Position numbers and translations under genes: made by a program | Part shown: positions 39,704-64,000 of the stretch, piece after piece | How the letters are laid out: each line of letters opens with the position of its first letter | Position numbering within the stretch: position 1 is the stretch's first letter | NCBI GenBank assembly: GCA_963693365.1 | Contig: CAVNZM010000003.1 | Location: 12,063,651 to 12,127,650 of the forward strand | Reading direction: 5' to 3' | Length of the DNA: 64,000 nt | Source of the DNA: Amoebidium appalachense | Taxonomy: Eukaryota; Protista; Ichthyosporea | Notes under the pieces: generated by a model | What the model was told of the DNA's origin: nothing | What the model saw: the letters and a program-made list of their open reading frames with translations, nothing else | Databases searched by the model: none

Positions 39704-40943
39704 GCATCGTTTGCATGCCCAAACAACACACACACACACCAGTTTAAACGGTCATGTATCGCCAAATGTAGTTTGATAGACCACATAATACCGCAACACA
39801 CACACGTCACATTCACAACAGACACCCAGAAAGATAGCCTACCAAAAAATTACAACATCCTTGATTTTATACTAAACACCTAAGGGCCTGTTTGGCAACG
39901 CGGAGTTACTAACTCCGGCGTAGACCGTATACGCCGGGTATCAAATCAGTATCCAGATTCTGATTTGTAATCCGGATTTAGGTCAAAACCTGGCGTAGAT
40001 AATAACCGCTCGTGCCAAACAGACAACACTTTTTTCAGCTGCAGCTTAGTTTATCAAGTCACATTGCGCAAGTTTTACGTTGATCGGAGTGCGCATACTT
40101 TGCACGTATATCGTACCTAGGACTCAGTACTATTTTTTTGTAGTGACTGTGCAGTGTCCCGTATGTATGTATTTGTATACACTGTAATGATACCATTTGC
40201 ATATATAACAACATCAACGTTTCCGGTTGCAAAACCACTATGTATTTAGCACGAAACATGGCCCTTTCGGCCGCAATTGCAGCAATTGCATTCTTTGCTT
40301 CCCCCTACAGGCATCCTGTGGGTTCAGACAATCTTGACCGATGTGCAAAAGATTGTCTAATGGTAAAAAAAAGGTTGCCTACAAGTTGGCCGCGAAGAGG
40401 AAGAATAGTTGAGGGGGGGCTTGTTTTTATACGACCTACCACACGTGACCGGCTGTGTGTGGCTGGTCGCAGCCTGCGCTCGGGCTGTCGCAGGCTCACC
40501 AGCAAGGCCGGTGACAACGTCACAACGGACTTTCCGTTTGGCGTCTTTTCCACTTTAACTGTTTTTGGCTATATTGCACTGCCGCCAATTGGCCGAGAGA
40601 GAAAAGTAAAAAGGTCTCACGACATGAATTTTCATTGGTTTAGACCTTCACACGGCGTTGAACATTTCGCGCATAATCCACCTCCGGAGGTGGATTATAG
40701 AAATTGGAGTACAAGCTATGTCCAAGGGGTTTGAAACCCGGCGTACACAGGCCCAGATTGGGCCGTCTGTTTGGCATCGCGGATTTCAGAAAATCCGCTT
40801 TAGCCCTAACTCCAAAATCGATCTTACTCCGGAGTATGGCCGCTAACTCCGCGTTGCCAAACAGGCCCTTAGGTAAGCGAAACTACGACCTGTTTATTAG
40901 ATGTATTGATTGGCTTGAGAATCACATCATTACAAAATTCTAG

Positions 40944-41008
<65 letters not shown>

Positions 41009-41378
41009 CAGGTGATACCGAGTGTCCCAGGGGAGCCCGAAAAAAAAAAAAAAAAAAAAAAAAAAAACGGGGAACCCCAACTAATTGATTTTTTTTAGTC
41101 TCTATGGTGTCTCATAGAGAAAGAAAGTAAACCATGATATATAATCATCACCCGACAGCTATGTACGTGATCATGATATACCGCTGAGGGGATATTCCGA
41201 GCAAAAACCCCCCCATACCTGAGACTGGTCTCTCTTTGCCTCGAGTAAACGGGGTTTACACACTTTTTATTGCGTGGACACTGCCGGACCGGGCCCAGCC
41301 ACATTCGAACTAACGGCTAGACGGCCTACTGCGTTTTCCAGCGCAGCCAATCAAATGCAGCAGGGCAGCGTAAACCCC
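39704..41378 (+). mobile_element. Old LINE copy, right part, interrupted by a Harbinger-like MITE and a ~115-bp insert
   Basis: 39704-39880 and 40876-41250 match the young LINE 3' region; the terminal AGCGTAAACCCC is at 41367-41378. Confidence 0.85.
39884..40868. mobile_element. PIF/Harbinger (Tourist-like) non-autonomous element
   Basis: 25-bp perfect TIR GGGCCTGTTTGGCAACGCGGAGTTA with TAA/TTA flanks; an orphan TIR end lies at ~41714-41729. Confidence 0.85.
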
Positions 41379-42199
41379 ATTGCATATATATCTGGGCGGG
41401 GCTCAACACGCTCGTACAAGAAAACACATTTACAAACAACCATTTCACCGTCTTCGGAAATTATTGACAGCGTTGTATGGTTTTTTACCTTTTCGGTCAA
41501 CTCCTTCATTTTCGTAATCGCCAAATATCGCCAAGACCAATGCATGCAGGTCTATCCGTTCTCCTGAAAACCCTCCAATATAGAGTGTACCATTAGATGC
41601 CCTTACCTTACTTGTGCCATGTACAGTAGCAGAACCTGGGTTTCAAGCGATGTGCGAAGGGTAGGTTTCAGGGCAAATCAAAAAATATCTCAGTGTTCGG
41701 GACGCTAACCCGGGTTGCCAAACAGGCCCTACAAACAGGCTGGACCGTCGCCCGCATATTCTCAGGCTGCCCAGTTCAAGCCAGCCCGGCCTGACAGCAA
41801 AGAAAACTTGTGTTCATGAAACGATAAAAACAAAAAAAAACAGCAAGCAAGGCTTTATTAAAGCTCCCTGGCTTATTATGTGATGTGCTTTAGCTTTTGT
41901 GCGTTACTGGCCTCTTTACTAACCAGGTCACGTTTTAAAGTCTTCTACAGTAGGTGCAACGACCTCTGCTGAATTCGAAGACCTGGCCAAAACACCGTAA
42001 CTCATGCTTTGTTCAAGGCTCTATACCAGGAGACGCCAGCATTAGCCGCAAATAATATGAGAACTTTCTAATCCTACAGAATAACTAGGTTTCACTCTCT
42101 GCCTCGTAGGCGCATGCTAATCAGCAATCGACAGTATCTGCGTTTTTGTTGCTTGTTTGCACAACTTCCACTCGAAAAACGCAACCGAAGACCCCAAAC

Positions 42200-43389
42200 A
42201 TGGCTGACGAGCAAGGTACACCGTTTGTCTCAATTTGCATCTCCACCGAGGCTCAGCTCACAGCCATGATAGCTGGCATACAGCGCACACGTCTCGAGGT
42301 GGAAAAGCGAGAGGCAGAGCTAAACGCAGGGAGGAGTAAACTGGACAGTGAGAGGTTTAAGTGGGAGAAAAAAGTAGCCCAAGACCATGTGGCGTTGAAG
42401 TATGAACGAGAGAAGGTTAAGCAGGAGCGCCGCATGCTGGAAAACGAAAGGTGAGGTAACGCTGTTTGCATTATCATGGGCAACCTGTGCCATGGCACGT
42501 GTACTGCTTTCTTGATACAAGGAAGCTGCAAGCAGACCTCAGGCTTTGCACACGAATCTTCTCTACTCCCCTTCCTCTCTCCCGCTCTTGTTCTCACTTC
42601 AGCCTTTCATACCGTGCTCTTAAGCCTAAACCATAGGTTTTTGTGCGGCCTCAAAAACATTCCTCATGAACATGGCCAAAGCTACAGTTTCGTACCCTCT
42701 TGGAGGCTCGCCCACAGTTCTTTAACGCCTAATAGTCCTCTTGACCAAACACACAATCTCTCACTCTCTCAGCTCAGATACCGTATTGTGCCAGTCAGAG
42801 CTCTTTTTTCGTTCCTTTTCCAAGTTCCTTTTTCTGTGCAGCTCCTTCGGTTTAAAACAGTATTTTGTGTGTGTGTTCTTCATTACATTGTTCAAACCCC
42901 CCCCCCCCCCTCCCCCCCCACCCTTCCCCTTCCCCCCCTCCCCCCCACCACCCCCCGCCCACCCACCCACTCCCCGCCCCATGCTTCACACCATCGCACT
43001 CTCAGACAGGGCAGCGGGGGGAGGGGGGGAGAGGGTGGAGGAGGGGGAGGAGGGGGGGGGGGGGGGGATGAGGGCCGGGGGGGAGGGGGGGGGGGGGGGG
43101 GGGGGGGGCACCATGTCTCAACTCCATTTTTTTTTTCTCTTAAACTTTCCTTCGGTTTACTTCCAGAGGAGCCCGGGGGAGGGGGGTGGGTGGGTGGGTC
43201 GGGGTGGGTGGGTTGGGGGAGGGGAGGGGAGGGGGGCGAGGCAAGGAGGGAGGGGATGGTGGGGGGAGCACCAGTGTTTCCCGCTGATTCCGTGAGAACT
43301 GTATATGGAGTTAGAGCCATGCTGCAGAAAACATCCTTTTGGGGGACGGCATAAGCAGCATATCAACATTGTTTTTTCTTTCTTTCTTG

Positions 43390-43433
<44 letters not shown>

Positions 43434-45484
43434 ATTTCTTTTTTTCTTTTTTTTTCCTCTGCGTCATGTTACTAATCCTCTCCCCCCCCCCCCCCCCCCC
43501 CCCCCTTCCTCCCCCCCCCCCATGTCCCTCCCTCCCACGGGGGCCATTCCACCCACCCATCAACTTTTCCGCTTTGCTTCTCGCAGCTCCTATACACATA
43601 CTTCATCATACTGAGATACGCGCTGCAGCATGTATTTTTGCAAAGAACATCTGTACGTTTCCTTTGGGTGGGTAGTGGGGGAGAGGAGGGAGGGAGGGGG
43701 GGGAGGGGGGGGGGGGGGAGCACTTGGTGTTGTGGAAACATAAAACCTTTATTCAACTCACGAATTTCAATTTCATACAGGGCGCAGTTTGAAACATCCC
43801 GCGCATCCCTTGGAGGGGTATCTGGCGTTTCTCCCGGCGACATTGTCAAACTCAACGGGAGGTGGCCGCCTATTTGAGACTACCAGACAAACACTGTGCG
43901 CCTACCCCACCTCCATGCTTGCGGCGTGGTTCAGCGGCCGACACGCCATCGTCCAATTAGATGGAGGATTTGTGACTATTGACCGTGATGGGGATCTCTT
44001 TTCTGTTGTGTTGAACATGTGCCGCGACAGGCGACCTCCACCCATGCCCCAATGTTTGCAAGAGAAGGAGCAGTTGAGGCGGGAGTTTGATTTCTTTGGT
44101 CTGCCTTGGCCGGAGGATGGCCCGGTGGGGGAGCTTCCGGTGCATCGCATGTTCAAAGAGGGCTTCGAAGTTATGTAGGTGGCACTCTGTCACTGTGTGC
44201 ATGTGTGCCCTCCTCTCACTCTTAACGTTGCGGTCTGGGTAAACTCTCGTATATATGCATGTTGGTGGTGGTTGTCCGTTTTTATTTTTGTTGTGGGGCT
44301 TGTCTGAGTGGGTTGGCACGGTGATGGGTTGTGGGTGTTTGTGTTGTGGGTGGGTGTTGTGTTGTGTGTGTTTGTGCGCGTGTGTGATTGTGCATGCGCG
44401 CGCGCGCGTGTGTGTGCATGAGTTTGTGGGAAAACCTGTTAGATCAGAACAGAGTTTTTCGTAACAGGAGGAGAGGCAAAAATCTCTCTGAGTGTTTGTC
44501 TGGCCGTAGGTTCCATGTGGTTGGGGAAACGGATGGACGTGAGTTGAGGAGAGGTTTTCTGTATGGTCGGGAATGGTCGCGTGATGTTAACTACTGCGAG
44601 GGGAGCGGGCGCCGGAAGGAGGGGGGGGGGGGGGGGGGGGGGGGGGGCTTTGATTTCCAGGGTGGATAGAGAAATCGTCGGGTGGGGTGAGATGACGTCC
44701 TATCGATGTTTGTGTCGATGTTTGTGTCCTCATCATTAAATGTTTATGTTTTCTTAACGAGTCAAGTCTTTGGGAAGGCGGTATGTGTATCTTGTATGTA
44801 GGGGTGTGTGGATGCCACACCACGGTGGGGCCAGATTTTCAGGGAGGGAGGGGGGGTCTCGTTATTTTGTTCACAAGCCACCCACTGTTTGATTGTTTTC
44901 CTACCGTTGCATTGCAACATGTTCATCCGCCTTCACGCGCCACACAGTATTCTCTTTCAATAACCAACCAATCGAACTCAATGCTAACTAATCACACGCA
45001 GGGTCATGGATTCGAAAGAGATTCCAGATATCTGCAGCCCCACCACCAAGTGGAACAGTTTGTGTGCGATGGGAAGTACGCCGCCGTTGCCACCACGCAT
45101 TGCATCGTTGTGTGGGACTTGCCGACCTGTGAAGTCGTTCGGACCATCAATATCCCAGCCCACTACAAGTACGACACGTTTAAACACAAGACAGTCATAG
45201 ACCGTAAGTGGAAAACGGTCGCACTACTTTTCCCTTTTGTGGCCGCGGCGGTGACCCCTACAGAGGTGATGGTTTGGGAGCTACACACGGGCACAACATA
45301 CTCGCGATTTGCACCTTCCGAAGAGCAGATTGCACACATGGTTTTAACCCCTGACGGAAAGGCTCTTTTCACAATCACCATGAGGTCTGAAAACGGAGTA
45401 ACGGAGCTCTATTACGCCGTTAGTGTAACCTCCAGTTCTCTCTCCACCGGCGAAATTCTGTGGACTCGTAACTGTGGCGGCTAA
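42200..45484 (+). pseudogene. Coiled-coil + KCTD-type BTB/T1 + beta-propeller-like gene with a frameshift (pseudogene or sequence error)
   Basis: Exon 42200-42450 is coiled coil. The exon from 43781 reads DIVKLN[+1 shift]GGRLFETTRQTL...SMLAAWFSGR...IDRDGDLFSVVLNMCR...EFDFFGL. Exon ~45002-45484 has WD-like IVVWDL, VMVWEL and TPDGK. Confidence 0.75.
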
Positions 45485-46695
45485 ATTTCGGTGGACTCGT
45501 GGACTCGTAAACAAATTAACTGATGATGAGCCGTAATCGCAATATCTCGATAAATACTTAACATGGTGATTTGTGATGCCTAAATAAGGATATTGCCCGT
45601 GTACACATGTATACTTGCAAAACTAATCGTTGAGCCCGGCACTGATGACGTCATGTATTGACATTGCACCTTACACAAGCAATTCGATTATGTGTGTAGC
45701 GGCACACCACGTGCACAATGTCACCCAATTCAAGCAATATTCACACGTGTGTGCACTTATCACGTGAAACCCTACACTCTGTTCGCACACACATGTACAC
45801 GTATAAAATTTGCGGCACGCACATGAAATTTAAGAAAACAGAAACGAATGATGATTCATCGGAGATTACACGGAGGTTATAACACAAACGACAGAAATTA
45901 ATGCAGAGTTTACGTACAGACATGTCTAGGACCTGGTGGTCAACATACATGTTCAAACAGATTTAAGGGGGTTTCTTCTAGGTCTCCGGGTCGGGTCAGA
46001 CCCGAAAGGGATAAACACGATATGATTGGCTTGGTGCGCATCAAACAGCATTTGGCCCGACCCGACGACCAAAACGGTGTATGATCTCAACACAACTATA
46101 CCAACCTTTATTAGCTACTAATGCCATTCTTACCATCCTCACTTGGATATATATAATATATGTATAGATATACCAGGACCCGCCTGTATGTTTATGCTAC
46201 TTATACACACACCTGTACAGGTTTTGTGTACCGCTGTAATCTCACTATTAACTATATACTGCCAGTTCGTTCACAGGACCCGATCTTTATGTTAGCTTTG
46301 GTGGCCTCAAATGTACACATTCGTATGCATCTATCATCACTCCTAAAGGTGCAATGCATATAAAGTTCATTCACGGTAAGTGACCCCCTCCCCTCCCCCC
46401 CCACACCCGACCTCCCCCCACCCCACCCACCCACACCACCACCACCACCACGTACATACCCTCACACACGCTGAAATGCAGAGTCATAGTGTTATTAGGC
46501 TAGGGATACGGGTAGAAACCATCAAAACAAATTGAAGCTATGCTTGACCAATGTATCTGAAGTATGTGACACACACACACACACACATTCGTGGGCACGC
46601 ACACACACACAGAGGTGTAGACACACACACGTACACGTGGCACAGAACACAAAACAACCACACCCACCTTTTACACCTAACCTCATCATAGCACC

Positions 46696-63782
<17,087 letters not shown>

Positions 63783-64000
63783 TGTGTGGCATGGAAATAC
63801 ATGTGTTATCTACGGCTATCCAAAACTAAAATAAATATATCTCCTTTGTCCAGAATGGCATTGGCCGACAGCTATTATAGCTTGCTCTAAACAACATCAT
63901 GTAATGTAGAATGATGTGATTTTAGTTAATTGCTGCAAATTCCGAGTATCTACACTTTCCACCTCGACCTTTCCGCGGCTTAGGCTCACTCAACCTCAAT

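Noticed and set aside
40240-40734. Harbinger transposase ORF
   Set aside because: The 164-aa frame has no recognisable DDE or Myb/SANT motifs.

Overview
Intron-rich eukaryotic genomic DNA, full of (CA)n/(TG)n and poly-C/poly-G tracts; the organism cannot be fixed from the sequence, though the gene content fits a unicellular opisthokont. Most long ORFs in the track are microsatellite artefacts. Host genes reconstructed by eye from exons: a multi-bromodomain protein with a putative N-terminal GATA-like zinc finger (-, runs off the left end); a divergently transcribed XLF/Cernunnos (NHEJ1) (+); a four-module PAN/Apple-like cysteine-rich protein (-); a frameshifted BTB(KCTD)+beta-propeller gene (+); and a large C1-REM-CDC25 RasGEF (-, runs off the right end). 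24-41.7 kb is a five-level transposon nest: a pseudogene split by an old LINE copy, split by a 9-bp-TSD element, holding a young APE-RT LINE, interrupted by a 9.2-kb TIR element that carries a ~184-bp satellite and another LINE 3' end. The most notable finding is a dispersed, poly-G/C-anchored short repeat family in introns. Its minus strand folds into a hammerhead ribozyme core with a non-circularly permuted strand order, supported by compensatory changes between two divergent subfamilies. Activity is untested.
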